Origin: Sedimentisphaerales bacterium
GTDB taxonomy: Bacteria > Planctomycetota > Phycisphaerae > Sedimentisphaerales > Anaerobacaceae
Assembly (NCBI GenBank): GCA_963708075.1
Contig: OY970194.1
Coordinates: 4,576,001-4,640,000, forward strand
Reading direction: 5' to 3'
Length of the DNA: 64,000 bases
Part shown: in pieces, positions 10,757-21,601 of the stretch
Layout of the letters: each line of letters starts with the position of its first letter
Numbering within the stretch: position 1 is the stretch's first letter
Notes under the pieces: generated by a model
What the model saw: the letters and a program-made list of their open reading frames with translations, nothing else
What the model was told of the DNA's origin: nothing
Database searches by the model: none
Program-made: the position numbers and the translations under genes

Positions 10757-10785
10757 ATCCTAAACTACCCTCCATTCCGCGTCAA
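10757..10785 (-). promoter_or_regulatory. Sigma70-type promoter for HNH-AP2 copy 1
   Basis: Minus strand TTGACG-17 bp-TAGGAT. Confidence 0.55.
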
Positions 10786-10914
10786 CTGCAAAATGTCCTC
10801 CGTCACCCGCCGTAACTCCTTACGTCACAAGGAGTAAAGAAATTCCCGGAAAGATTCTGCCACAGAGGGCACAGAGACCACAGAGATTCACACCGACAGA
10901 CGGATAAATCGACT

Positions 10915-10987
10915 CACGCAGAGACGCGGAGGCGCAGGGAGCTACCCCCACTTCGTTTCAGACTCTGCGCCCCTGCGTCTCTGCGCG
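10915..10987. repeat. Palindromic repeat (CGCAGAGACGCGGAGGCGCAG...CTGCGCCCCTGCGTCTCTGCG)
   Basis: Inverted arms visible; preceded by a CACAGAG short tandem at about 10860-10886. Confidence 0.65.
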
Positions 10988-11105
10988 ATACATAATTCTG
11001 CTTAGTGACGCGACTTATGTCAGCTTCGTTGAGGATGCTTGCGTGAGCACAGGTTCCGTGCTATCTATCACTGAGAAAGGATTGCACAACCAAAGGCAAC
11101 CGAAG

Positions 11106-11291
11106 ATGATTCGCATACCCACACATCGTGCTCCGACCCATCCGGGCGAAATGTTGCTGGAGGAATTCCTGGGAATGTCCGCCGGCTTCTGGATGGACCT
11201 CCGACTCCGCTGGGACCTGTACCACGCCCACGAGCAGGACCGCAAGGATCTGGAATCCATCGAACCCTACACCGCCGCAACATCACACTAA
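11106..11291 (+). pseudogene. higA: HigA-family antitoxin remnant lacking the HTH
   Basis: MIRIPTHRAPTHPGEMLLEEFL is fused directly to GMSAGFWMDLRLRWDLY; the intervening helix-turn-helix of HigA is missing. Confidence 0.75.
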
Positions 11292-11439
11292 CCTGCAACC
11301 GAGCCCCGCCGCGGAAAACAGAGACCATCTTTCGGCAATTTCGGGCCCCCCACAAGCTCGCGCTACAAGCAGCCTTGAGGCTGGACGCCCGACTCCGACC
11401 TTGATGACCCCTCCTCCCTGCTCGACGGTTCGGGCCTCC

Positions 11440-11580
11440 CACGTTGCGTACAGAACCGCCCCTGAAACAGATGCCCGCTTCGGCGCTGCCGCCGGTTGTG
11501 CCACGAGCTGTAGGCCACTTGCAGCCACTGCATCGCCGCTGAGAATTCCTTATTCAGGACGTGACCCCGTTCTTTTCCCG
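11440..11580 (-). pseudogene. Fragment of Y1/RAYT-like transposase
   Basis: AMQWLQVAYSSWHNRRQRRSGHLFQGRF matches the intact copies (NRMHGRSGHLWQNRF; NRLHKRSGHLWQGRF); adjacent GGGGTCACGTCC end-like motif. Confidence 0.75.
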
Positions 11581-11894
11581 GGTGAGGGGGATATAGCGGA
11601 TATCCTCGTTTGGCGCTTCTGGGGCCCGAAGGCAATGGGGTTGCCGTCGAGGCGAGCCAAAGGCCGAATCAGAATCAGGAGAAACCTGGAGCTCGCCCTC
11701 AGGGGAGCGGCGTATACTGGGCGTATACTGGGGATTCACGGAACCGGAGCCGTCGCAACACGGGAATCCGAAAGCCGTTGCGACAGAATCGTGAAATGCC
11801 GCCTACGGCGGTCGTGGGCCAAACGGGATTCCCGTCAAAGGGGAAATCCCGGCTTAGCTACCATGGTCAAACTCAGGAAGAAAGGATGTGCAGT

Positions 11895-12477
11895 ATGTCG
11901 TCAATTCATCGCAGTATTCTGTCGATTCTCATGCTGCCCCTGTTGCTTGTCGTAACGGGCTGCAAATCTACGCCGAAGACTACCCAGCAGCGAGACGAGT
12001 ACCGCACGGACGTCCGGGCGATGGAGCGGTCGACTCTCGATCAGCTTTATGCCCAGCAGCCGGCGGCGCGCGGCGGTCCAGAACGCCGCGGGCTACGCCG
12101 TCTTCAGCAACTTCGGTATGAAGATCCTGGTCGCGGGTGGAGGCAGTGGTGAAGGCGTGGCGGTGAACAACCGCACCGGGGAGGCGACCTTCATGAAGAT
12201 GGCCGAGGTTCAGGCCGGGTTGGGCATGGGAGTCAAGAAGTTCAGGCTGGTCTGGGTCTTCGAGACCCAAGAAACGTTTAATCAGTTTGTGAACAGCGGG
12301 TGGACGCTGGGGGGACAGGCCACTGCCGCCGCGAAAGCGGGCGCAGAGGGAGCGGCTCTTGCAGGTGCGATCCCCGTGAGTACCGGCGTGTGGGTTTATC
12401 AACTCACCGACACGGGGTTGGCGCTCGAACTGACTGCCAAGGGAACCAAGTACTACAAGGACAAGAGTTTGAGCTGA
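11895..12477 (+). CDS. Lipoprotein, YSC84/SYLF-like lipid-binding family (frameshift near 12070)
   Basis: Lipobox LVVTGC in ORF 11610..12152 joined to AAGYAVFSNFG..GGGSGEG..AGLGMG..TAKGTKYYKD in ORF 12049..12477. Confidence 0.75.
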
Positions 12478-12540
12478 TACTCCCCCATCCAGGTAAATGG
12501 ATGCGGGGGCCGGTCGGAGCGAACAGCGGGAGCAGATGGC

Positions 12541-12576
12541 GGGGAGTTCCGGGAGTTCCGGGAGTTCCGGGGACAT
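12541..12576. repeat. 9-bp tandem repeat (GGGAGTTCC x3) abutting GGGGACAT
   Basis: Read directly from the sequence. Confidence 0.8.
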
Positions 12577-12764
12577 CTATGAGCAAGCCGTTGTCAAGAC
12601 GGTCGCGGGATTTTTTCGCGGGAATCCCAAACATCTATTCGGCGTCACCCAATCCGGGGCGCCAGTAAACTACGTACGAACCGGCTCCATTCACAATAGC
12701 GAGGTCCGAGGCCTCAGTCCCCACGAGCGGAGTCCGGCACATGATCCCGCAGATCGTCGGGCAG

Positions 12765-12915
12765 AAGGGGTCAGTCCTCGGAAATAAGTATCCACAGGAG
12801 GCGATCTTCGCGGACGACACAGACAATCGGCGACCCGTACAGCGTTGAAGACGGCAGGAACCTACACCTCACAAGACCAAAAGTCATGATACTGAAATCC
12901 GAGGACTGACCCCTT
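12765..12915. mobile_element. MITE-like element with perfect 18-bp terminal inverted repeats
   Basis: AAGGGGTCAGTCCTCGGA (12765-12782) and TCCGAGGACTGACCCCTT (12898-12915); ends resemble those of the Y1 elements. Confidence 0.65.
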
Positions 12916-12997
12916 GGCCTTGTGGCCTTGCAACAAGGCCCCCCATCGCCACGTCAACACCTGCATCCAAAGCCTGCCCCCTTTGTCTCCATAGGGA

Positions 12998-14416
12998 TCA
13001 GTCAGCGACTTTGACACACTTCAACCGGTTCTGGTCTCGGATCAGGAGTTTGCCATCGGCAAGGGCCAGCGGCGCCCAGTTCTGGGTACTGCCTCCAACT
13101 CTTGAAGCCAAAGGATCGTTTTCTGATCCTGTTCCTCCCTCTGCAAGCACCTCTGCTGATGCAAGTGCCTTGAATCCAGATGGATCAGGCTCTATGAGAT
13201 ACAAAGTCTTCCTACCGTCGGTAGCCAGAATCAGACCGTCGACGAGAATCATACTGCCTTTATTGAACTGAGGTGAACGTCCTGTCTTCCACATGATCTT
13301 GCCATCCATGCTCATGCATGTCAGGCCGTCATTTCGGCCATTGGTTCCATACTGAGCATAGAAATAGCCGTTATGCAGTATCGGCGGTTTTGTCTGATCG
13401 CCGAATTCTTCGGTCTTAAACAGTTCTGTTGCGCCGTAGCTGCCGTCTGCCTTCTTTTCGACCTTCAGCATTGTGGCACCGAGTTCATATCCGCCTACAA
13501 CGAGTACTCTGTTATCACCGGCATCCACGGCGCTCGGCACCGAAATGTGACACCGCCACTGATCGTATTTCCAGAGAATCTCTCCCGTAAGGGGTTCTAT
13601 TCCAACAACATTACCCAGAGTTTGAGGCAATCCTCGATTTCCAAAAGGATTAGTAGATGAAATGACCATTGCGACATGGTCTTTTCCGTCTATTTTCACA
13701 ACTGAAGGACTGGCATATGATTCATTGCCGAGATTAGGTGTCTTCCATTTGAGACTGCCAGTACGCTTCTCATAAGCCACCACACCGGCCTGCGGCGCCT
13801 GCGAAGCCAAAATCAGCAAATCGCCGTAAACCAAAGGACACTGCGTAATGGCCCAGATCGGAAAACTACCGGGTCCGCGTGATCCAAATCCCCCCGATGA
13901 GCCGCTTGCGGGTCTACCGCCGAAATCCGTCCACACGTTCTTATTCCAGACCTGTTTGTGTGTGTTTATGTCGATGCAATAGAGATCGCCACAGGGACCG
14001 CACGAATAAACGTGATTGCCGTCCAGGATCGGCACGCTGCGCGAGCCAGGAAACATCACAGATCCGGGAGCATCATAGGCAAAACTCCAGAGTTCCTTGC
14101 CGTTGGAGAGATCTAAACACCGAAGGTTATCACCCACCTTGTCATCCCTGTCGAGCAAATAGACCTTGCCGTCTTTGATGACAGGTCCACCATAGCCTAT
14201 GCCAACAGCAACAGTCCATAGGACTTCTGGCCCCTTCTCAGGCCAAGAGCGCAGAATGCCTTTCTGGGCTGATGTGCTGTTTCGGTTGGGCCCAAGATAC
14301 TGCGGCCAGTCCTCCGCCCAGGCGCTGATAGTGAACAGACAGCAGCAGGCGACGATAGCAAACGCCGGCCCTCGACAGGATTGATTCGACGATGTACTCA
14401 TAAGACTCCTCTGCAT
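12998..14416 (-). CDS. PQQ-binding-like beta-propeller protein (BamB-like, secreted)
   Basis: Signal peptide then EDWPQYLGPNRN; repeated L.C/A.D..GK.LW blades. Confidence 0.85.
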   Translation of the reverse strand: MQRSLMSTSSNQSCRGPAFAIVACCCLFTISAWAEDWPQYLGPNRNSTSAQKGILRSWPEKGPEVLWTVAVGIGYGGPVIKDGKVYLLDRDDKVGDNLRCLDLSNGKELWSFAYDAPGSVMFPGSRSVPILDGNHVYSCGPCGDLYCIDINTHKQVWNKNVWTDFGGRPASGSSGGFGSRGPGSFPIWAITQCPLVYGDLLILASQAPQAGVVAYEKRTGSLKWKTPNLGNESYASPSVVKIDGKDHVAMVISSTNPFGNRGLPQTLGNVVGIEPLTGEILWKYDQWRCHISVPSAVDAGDNRVLVVGGYELGATMLKVEKKADGSYGATELFKTEEFGDQTKPPILHNGYFYAQYGTNGRNDGLTCMSMDGKIMWKTGRSPQFNKGSMILVDGLILATDGRKTLYLIEPDPSGFKALASAEVLAEGGTGSENDPLASRVGGSTQNWAPLALADGKLLIRDQNRLKCVKVAD

Positions 14417-14749
14417 TCTGGTTTATGATCCTTGATGACTCTGTACCGCGTGCAATGGCACCTGTCTACACGAATAGTGGCACGATCAGCCGAGCGGTGA
14501 CAAGATAACGGGACTATTGCCCCCCCATCTCCATCGGCGTCCAGCGGGTCCGCTGTGTACGCAAGGCCATCTTTGGGTCGCCGTCCCAACACTGTAGTAT
14601 CAACCAATCTCGGCCTTATGGGTACGGCAGGACGGCACCTCACCGTCCTGCTGGTGAATTTGCTTGCCCACAGGGCTGGGAGCGGGTAACCTTCACTAGT
14701 GCGAGACCGTATGGCCTCGAGAACACAGGCGCGGGGAGACGCAGCGGCT

Positions 14750-14818
14750 TGTAGGGTGGGGCTTGCCCCGCCGTGAAGCCCATGCTACAGGAAGTGGTGG
14801 GGCAAGCCCCACCCTACA
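14750..14818. repeat. REP-like palindrome GTAGGGTGGGGCTTGCCCC...GGGGCAAGCCCCACCCTAC
   Basis: GTAG-type REP doublet in inverted orientation. Confidence 0.8.
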
Positions 14819-14863
14819 TCTGGCGTGTCGTGGCAGGTTGAGGAAATCCGAATGCGGGATGGC

Positions 14864-16230
14864 ATGAGACGAGCAGCAGTGAGTGTGGCAGCGGTGTTTC
14901 TGGGGATTCTTCTGGCGGGGGTTCCGCGCGGGCGCTGGGGCAGGAGCATGGCGACTTTCGCGAGATCATCACGCGGGCCAAGTCGGAGGTGTTTCCGGCG
15001 CTGATCTTCGTCAAGCCGATCGTCGAGGACTACGGCAGCGGCGAGAAGAAGCAGCAGGAGGTGTTCGGGTCGGGCGTAATCATCAGTCCCGACGGATACG
15101 CAGTGACGAATTGGCATGTTGTCGACAAGGCCGTTACGATCAATTGCGTCCTGTACGACAAGCAGCAGGTCAGAGCGGAGTTCATCGGGTCGGACCGCGA
15201 TACCGATCTGGCCCTGCTCAAGCTGCCCGCACGCGAGGGCGGCCAGGCTTATCCATGCGCGCGTCTGGCCGACTCGGCCGTGGTCCAGGAAGGCGATTTC
15301 GTCATGGCTTTGGGAAGTCCGTTCGGATTTCAGCGGTCCATCAGTTTGGGGATCGTTTCGAACGCGCAGCGATATATCGGCTTCACGACCGAATACAAGT
15401 ATAACACGTGGATTCAGACCGACGCGGCGATCAATCCGGGCAACAGCGGCGGGCCGCTGATCGATACGAAGGGAGCCATCGTCGGCATCAATACGCTCGG
15501 TGTCGAAGGCAGCGGGCTGGGGTTCAGCATCCCTGCGCCGACGGTGCGGGACACGGTCGAGCGGCTCAAACGCGACGGCAGAGTCATCCGGGCCTACACG
15601 GGACTGCTCCTGCAGGCGTTGAAAGACTTCCAGAGCAACACATTTGTCGCCGGCGAGCATGGCGTGCTGATCGCGGGAGTGGAGGAGAACAGCCCGGCGG
15701 CCCAGGCAGGCATCCGCGCGGGCAATATTCTGTTGAGTGTCGACGCGCAGCCCGTGGAGGGCCTGTATGCGGAGATGCTGCCGGACATCTGGCGGCGGCT
15801 GGCGGATTTGCCCGTCGGCAAGCCTGTGCCGATGGAACTGCTGCGCGGGGGCGAGACGGTCCGCGTCGAGGTCACGCCGGAAGAGAAGGGAAAGCTCGAA
15901 GGCGACGACTTCGATTGCCGCCGATGGAATATGACGGTGAAAGAGATCAACAAGTACCGCACGCCCCGCCTGTACTACTTCCGGCAGGCCGGCGTGTACG
16001 TGCAGGGCGTGAAGTACCCCGGCAACGCCGCCGCGGCGGGCCTGAGCGAGCAGGATATCATCCTGAGCATCGACAAGCAGGCCGTCGCGACTATCGAGGA
16101 CGTGAAGAAGATCTACGGCAAGCTGCTGGAGGACGCGCAGCGGGAGAAGAAAGTAGTGTTCGAGGTCATGCGAAGCGGGCTGCGAAAATGGATTGTGCTG
16201 GATTATCGCCGGGATTACGAAGAGGAATAA
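14864..16230 (+). CDS. HtrA/DegP-like serine protease with PDZ domains (signal peptide out of frame near 14925)
   Basis: GSGVII, VTNWHVV, DTDLALL, IQTDAAINPGNSGGPL. A signal peptide MRRAAVSVAAVFLGILLAG starts at 14864 in another frame. Confidence 0.9.
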
Positions 16231-16232
16231 CA

Positions 16233-18891
16233 ATGAAGACGTGGAAATATCGAGTGCCGGTTCTCGGCATCATTCAACCTTATTCATCCCACCAGGACAC
16301 TTCCGGGGCACAGAGCGGGTGGCATGGGCAAACTCGTTTGCCCGTGGAGCATAGCGAGGGCATCTCTTCGGCGAACTCAGGGCAGGCTTTGCCCTTGTCC
16401 TGCGGAGCCATGGTGGATCGACGCCTGATAAAGCGAGGCCAAGCTGGCCTTGCGACGCAAGGGCGGGACGCCCTCGCCACCATCCGGCCCAGTCGAGACA
16501 GCACCGTCAAACGAGTTTGGCGGTGCCACCCGCTGATTCTCGTGGTAGCGACGGTTGCGCTGTGGGCGGGTCTGAGCGGATCGACACTGCGGGCGGCCGA
16601 GCAGGACAAGGACGTGCCGTGGGAGAAGATCTATCAGAACACCCGGCAGAGCTTTGTAATCGTCAGCTATCATCTGAAGAAGAGCGACCGTCCCGGGCGG
16701 GAAGTTGGATACGCATACGACCGCGACTACGGCACGGTCCTGCAGCGAATCCTCAACAAGAACGCGACCGACGTTCTCGGCGTGATCGTCAGCGACAAGG
16801 GCGAGATCTTCACGTTTGACAGGGACCCGGTGTATATGGATACGGTGGCGAAGATCACCGTCGAGGGCCCGGACGGCACGGTCGTGCCCGCTGAATTCGA
16901 CCGGCTGCTGGTCAAGACCTCCGGCCGCATCCTGCGGCTTCCCGGCGGTCTGCCGGCGGGGTGGAAGGCCCTGCAGTTCGCCGAGGTCGGCGAGATCACT
17001 CCCCGCACGCTGCTGTACGCCGCGACGATGAGGCCGGACAAACAGAACCACGTGTCCATCCGGCCCTGCGAGTACGGTTGCAGTTGGAGGAGCGCCGAGC
17101 CGGGCCAATGCCTTCAAGCGCCCGGCCTCTACTGCATCGGTGTGATCTGCAATGCCGAAGGGATGCCCGTCGGCGTCACCAGCCGCGAGCAGATCGATCT
17201 GGGGTCCGCGGGCGCCGCGTGGAAGGGCAAGGACGTTCTGGCGGACGCGGGTCTGCCGCACGAGCAGCAGATACAGCTTGAAGAGAAATTGAAGCAGGAC
17301 TTCGCGGCCAACCTGTACGAGATCACGATCACGTTCCGGCCGGAGCCGCAGGAGGAAGAGGCGTACGACTTCGGCGGCAGAAGTCCGTTCGGCAGGTACC
17401 AGCGCGGGGGAGGCGAAGGCAATCGGGAGGCGCTCGTGTACGGTTCCGCGTATGCCGAGAACAGGCTGCTCATTCCGGACGCCCTGCCGCGGGAAGCGGT
17501 CGCCGGAATCGATACGATCGCGGTCAAGGTCGGCGATGAGTCGCTGGCCGCACGGTTCGGCGGAGTCCTCAAACAATGCAGCGCCACCGTGATCGAGCTC
17601 GAGGCGGGCAAGCTGCCGCACATCATGGATTTGTCGGCCGCCGCCAGGCTGACGCGGGTCGAGCCGTTCTGGGCGGTCTCCGTGCGCGAGCTCGGCGGGA
17701 TGGATGTGGAAGCGGAATTCAATCGCTGGATGGACGAGCGGCAAGGCTACGGCGATGAATGGTACCCGGCGATGGACCGGCCCCTGCAGACGGGCTGCTG
17801 GCTGCTGGACCACCAGGGAAGGCTGGTCGGTTCTCTACTGCCGGGCGAGACATGAGGAGGATCGGCTGGAGCCGTACCTGATAAGCCGGCAGTCCGGCCG
17901 CTACTCGCAGTATTCCATGCCCGCGTCGGCACGAATGGGCCGCGGCGTGGCGCCCGCGTGGGACCCCGGCTACAGCATAGACACCCGCCCCTTTGAAGCT
18001 GCTGAGCTGGCACGGTTGCTCAACAATCTGCCGGAGAACTCCGATCCGCTCATCCGCCACCTGAGCAAGGACGAGCAGAAGCGCCGGGTCTGGCTGGGCG
18101 TGGAGTACGTGTCGCCGGACAAGGAAATGGTCAAGCAGTTGGGCCTTCGCCAGCCGACCCGCGACGGACGCATCGGCTTGGTAGTCAATCGCGTCTACCC
18201 CGGCTCGCCCGCGGCAAAGCTCGGCCTCGTCGAGGGCGACGTGCTCCTGAACATCGCCGTGCCCGGGGCCCCGTGGCCGATCGAGCTGGCGTCCGACGAA
18301 CGCGGCGAATTCGAGATGCCCGACTTCGAAGAAGCGGACGTGCCGAAGGAATTCCAGGCAATGGGCATCCCGATTCCCCGCAAGCGGCCCTGGCCGAGCC
18401 AGGACAACTATCTGACCCGCATGCTCGCGGACATCGGCGCCGGAACGACCGTGACGCTCTGCTATCTGCACGACGGCCAGAAGAAGGAGCAGGAGTTCAC
18501 CATTGAGCAGGCCCCGAGGGACATGCTCAGCGCCACCAAATACAAGAATGAGAAGCTCGGCCTGACGGTCAAGGAACTGACGTACGAGGTGCGCGCGGCG
18601 CTGCGGCTGCAGGAGAATGACGCGGCCGTGGTCATCACCCAGGTCGAGCAGGGCACACCGGCCGCCCTGGCTCGCATCAACGGCTACGAGCTGATCCGGG
18701 CCATCGATGGCGAGCCCGTCGCCGGCGTCGAGGCGTTCGAGAAGCTGATCGCCGCCGCACAGCAGCAGAACAAGGAATCGGTGCGGCTCACCGTCGAATG
18801 GATGGGCAAGACGCGCCTGGCCGATCTGAAGTTCGAAGCCGCCCCCGCCGGCCCGGGCCTGCTCCGCTCCATCCTCGGCGGCCAGGAGTGA
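16233..18891 (+). CDS. Large secreted PDZ-domain protein with degenerate protease-like domains (frameshift near 17830)
   Basis: AGAGGA RBS before ATG 16233; ORF 15408..17855 joined to 17704..18891 (RVWLGVEY, VYPGSPAAKLGLVEGDVL, VEQGTPAALA). Confidence 0.7.
16315..16533. repeat. Nested palindromic repeats within the 5' part of the PDZ-protein frame
   Basis: Outer GCGGGTGGCA...TGCCACCCGC; middle GCGAGGGCATC..GCCCTTG / CAAGGGCGGGACGCCCTCGC; inner CTTCGGCGAACTCAGGGCAGGC. Confidence 0.75.
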
Positions 18892-18895
18892 AACC

Positions 18896-19180
18896 ATGCT
18901 CGTCGGCGTCATGAAGGTACAGGTCTATATGCACGGGATCACCTCGCTCAAGGATAAGCGGCACATCATCAAGAGCGTGATCGGCCGGCTTCAAAGCCGA
19001 TTCAATATCTCCATTTCCGAGGTGGAGCACCAGGACAGCAAGGCCACCGCGGTCTTCGGCATCGCCGTCGTCTCCAACGACGCGGTCTTCATCGACAAGC
19101 AGCTCGACTCGATCCTCGACTTCATGCGCAACGACGGCCGCTTTTACCTCGGCCCCGTCGAGCGCGAGGTCTTCTCGTGA
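18896..19180 (+). CDS. DUF503 (YlxP-like) protein
   Basis: SLKDKRHIIKSVIGRLQSRFNISISEV family pattern, 94 aa. Confidence 0.85.
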   Translation: MLVGVMKVQVYMHGITSLKDKRHIIKSVIGRLQSRFNISISEVEHQDSKATAVFGIAVVSNDAVFIDKQLDSILDFMRNDGRFYLGPVEREVFS

Positions 19181-19187
19181 GTGAGCG

Positions 19188-20661
19188 GTGACAACATCAG
19201 ACACAAACATCATAGATCGATTAGCTGCCCCTGAGAGCCTCCTGGGCATGCTCCAGCGAGGCCGTGGCGCCGGCTATCTCGCCGCCTTAGACGCCCCGCG
19301 AGAGACCGTGGGGTCCCTGCTCATCGAGTGCATCACGAACGACCCGAGACTCGACCAGCAGTGCGAGGACAGAGCCGAATACTATGCGTCGCTGATTCTC
19401 GCCACCGGCATGGACCTCGCGCCGATTTATTCCCTCGTCAAGCAGAACGACAACCAGGAGGACGATCTCACCGTCACGTCAACCCTGCCTATGGAGACGC
19501 TCACGGCTCTGGCGGAGCGAGGCAGCGGGGACGCCGTGCAGATGCTGCGTGACTACGTCTCTTCCGGCTCGGATTGGACCGACGTCGTCATGTTCCTGGG
19601 GCGTCTTGGGGAGCCGGCGGCTTTGGACGGCATGGATGAGGCAGTGTGCCACCGTATCATCTCCAATCCGGCCATTCAGGCAAAGTTCAAAGCAGCAGTA
19701 GCGAACGATTGGAGATGGTACTGCGGGTGTGACGCAGAGGACCGCCGCACGTGGTCCCTGATTCTGCCGATATGCGAGCCATGGAAGACACTCTGCCGGA
19801 GAAACAGGAAGCTTGCTGACCTCTTCGAGGATGTTGGGATTCCATATGATCAGCCGCCACCTCCCAGGGAGAGGCTGTCTGATGCAGCCGCGGCTGCCTT
19901 TTCGCTCGACGAGATGTTTGCCTGCGTAGACAAGTTCAACTGGGGACCGTTCCGGCGGGTCCTGCCGGAGAAGGTCTCGCCGGGGGACGAGGACTTGCTC
20001 CTGGAGAACCTGTCCTCGGATGATATGTACCGTGCGATCCTTGCATTTCGAGGGCTGGCCAAGCTGGGCACGCTCAAGGCCTTCGAGGCAGTGAAACGGT
20101 ACATAGAAGACAGCGAGGACGCCAAGCACGCGGTGCGCAGGCACGCATTTATGGCAATCGCCGAGATGCCCGGCTCACTGACTCTCGACACCGGGCGTCA
20201 GTGGTTCCGGCGCAAAGAGTGGTACCTGCATGTTCCCGGCGGCGACATACTTGAGAATCACGCCACGCTTGAAGATGTGCCTCTGCTAATCGAAGCCCTG
20301 CGGACTCCCGAGACCGTCCGGCGTGAGGATTTCCGGCTGGGCGGCGCACTGGATGCTCTGGCTCGATTCGGCGGGATTGGGTCGATTCCTGAGGTTGAGC
20401 AGATCTTCTGCCAAGCCCCAAGCTGCTTCGACAGATGTCGCGCCGCCAATGCGATGGCCGTCACGGCGCCCGCCCGGTTCTGCAGCCAATACGCCTTCGA
20501 GTGCCTTTGGGACTGCCACTGGAACACCCGCGTGCTCGGCTGTGAGAACCGTGAGCCTTTCGAGGCCAGGCGCTCTTGAACGACTCAAAGAGATCGCTGA
20601 CGACACCTGCGAGAGCGACAGCGTACGGCAAGCGGCACAGGAGAGATTAGAGGGGCTCTAA
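19188..20661 (+). CDS. Hypothetical HEAT/ARM-repeat-like protein (frameshift near 20545)
   Basis: SLLGMLQRGRGAGYL..CITNDPRLDQQCEDRAEYYA N-terminus; the C-terminus continues in ORF 20323..20661 (ALERLKEIADD...VRQAAQERL). Confidence 0.6.
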
Positions 20662-20805
20662 AGACGACGGGAGCCGACGCACTTCCAGCCCCCGTGATGT
20701 TTGTCCTGTGACAACTGCTATTGAGCAACTCCCGGCCGGGTGAAGATGGCTGGACGGGCTCGATGGCTCGCTCTCAGGCCCCGAGCCCGTCCGTTTGGCA
20801 GGAGC

Positions 20806-21288
20806 TTAGGCACTTTTGACTTCGACTTTCTTTCGTTTGGCGCGGGCCTGTTCGCTCTTGGGCAGTCGGATCGTCAGCACGCCCTTGCTGAACTCGGCCT
20901 CGGCCTTCTCCTCGTCCACCGCCGTCGGCAAATCGATGATCCGCTCGAAGGCCCCGTAGGAGGTCTCGCGGTGGTAATAACCTTTTTCTTCCTTCTTCTC
21001 CTCTTTTTTCTTCTCGCCGGCGATGCGGACAGAGTCCTGGGTCACTTCCACGTCGATATCGTTCTGGTCCATGCCGGGCAGTTCCGCCGCGACAATGACC
21101 TGGTCGTCTTCCTCTTTGACATCCACGCTCGGGATGAAGTTCTCCGCGAACCGGCCGGCCTCGCCGAACGGGGCCATCCAGAAGTCTTCCATCAGCCGTC
21201 TCATGTCGTCGAACGGACGCATAAAGAAGCTTTCGGGTTCCCGGCGACGCAGGCCCCTGCTCGGTCTGAAGATATCCGGTAACGCCAT
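20806..21288 (-). CDS. Hsp20/alpha-crystallin small heat shock protein
   Basis: PSVDVKE..AELPGM..ETSYGAFERIIDLP..AEFSKGVLTIRLPK. Confidence 0.95.
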   Translation of the reverse strand: MALPDIFRPSRGLRRREPESFFMRPFDDMRRLMEDFWMAPFGEAGRFAENFIPSVDVKEEDDQVIVAAELPGMDQNDIDVEVTQDSVRIAGEKKKEEKKEEKGYYHRETSYGAFERIIDLPTAVDEEKAEAEFSKGVLTIRLPKSEQARAKRKKVEVKSA

Positions 21289-21601
21289 GGGTCACTCCCT
21301 TTCCAAAAAGCCCAAGTTCGTGCGTGTCGATGCCTGCATTATGGTCCATTGGAGTCTCCCGGCCTATCGGAGAATCCCCCATTTGAGCCGTGCCGATTGC
21401 CTAAGAAACTCGTAAATTCTCCTTGACGGGGTGCCGGGAATGGGTTTAATGGGGCCGGTTGCATGTAGGATGGGCTTTAGCCCATGCTGCCGTTGTTGTT
21501 CCACGCGAGAACCGACCGCACCGGCAAAAGCCCGTCCTGCGCGACTTGTCTCTTTGGAGACGGAAGTTGCAAGGATTCGGCATACTTGGAAAGGATTGCC
21601 A

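Noticed and set aside
11730..11855. Cluster of hairpins upstream of the YSC84-like gene as a riboswitch
   Set aside because: Stems exist (GTCGCAAC/GTTGCGAC; CGGGATT/AATCCCG), but no known aptamer consensus is recognisable and there is no second copy to support it.
9751..12915. Prophage or integrative element around the HNH gene
   Set aside because: No integrase, structural or replication genes; only isolated remnants.
15408..16232. 5' extension of the 815-aa ORF 15408..17855
   Set aside because: It overlaps htrA in another frame with non-protein-like composition; the real start is at or after 16233.
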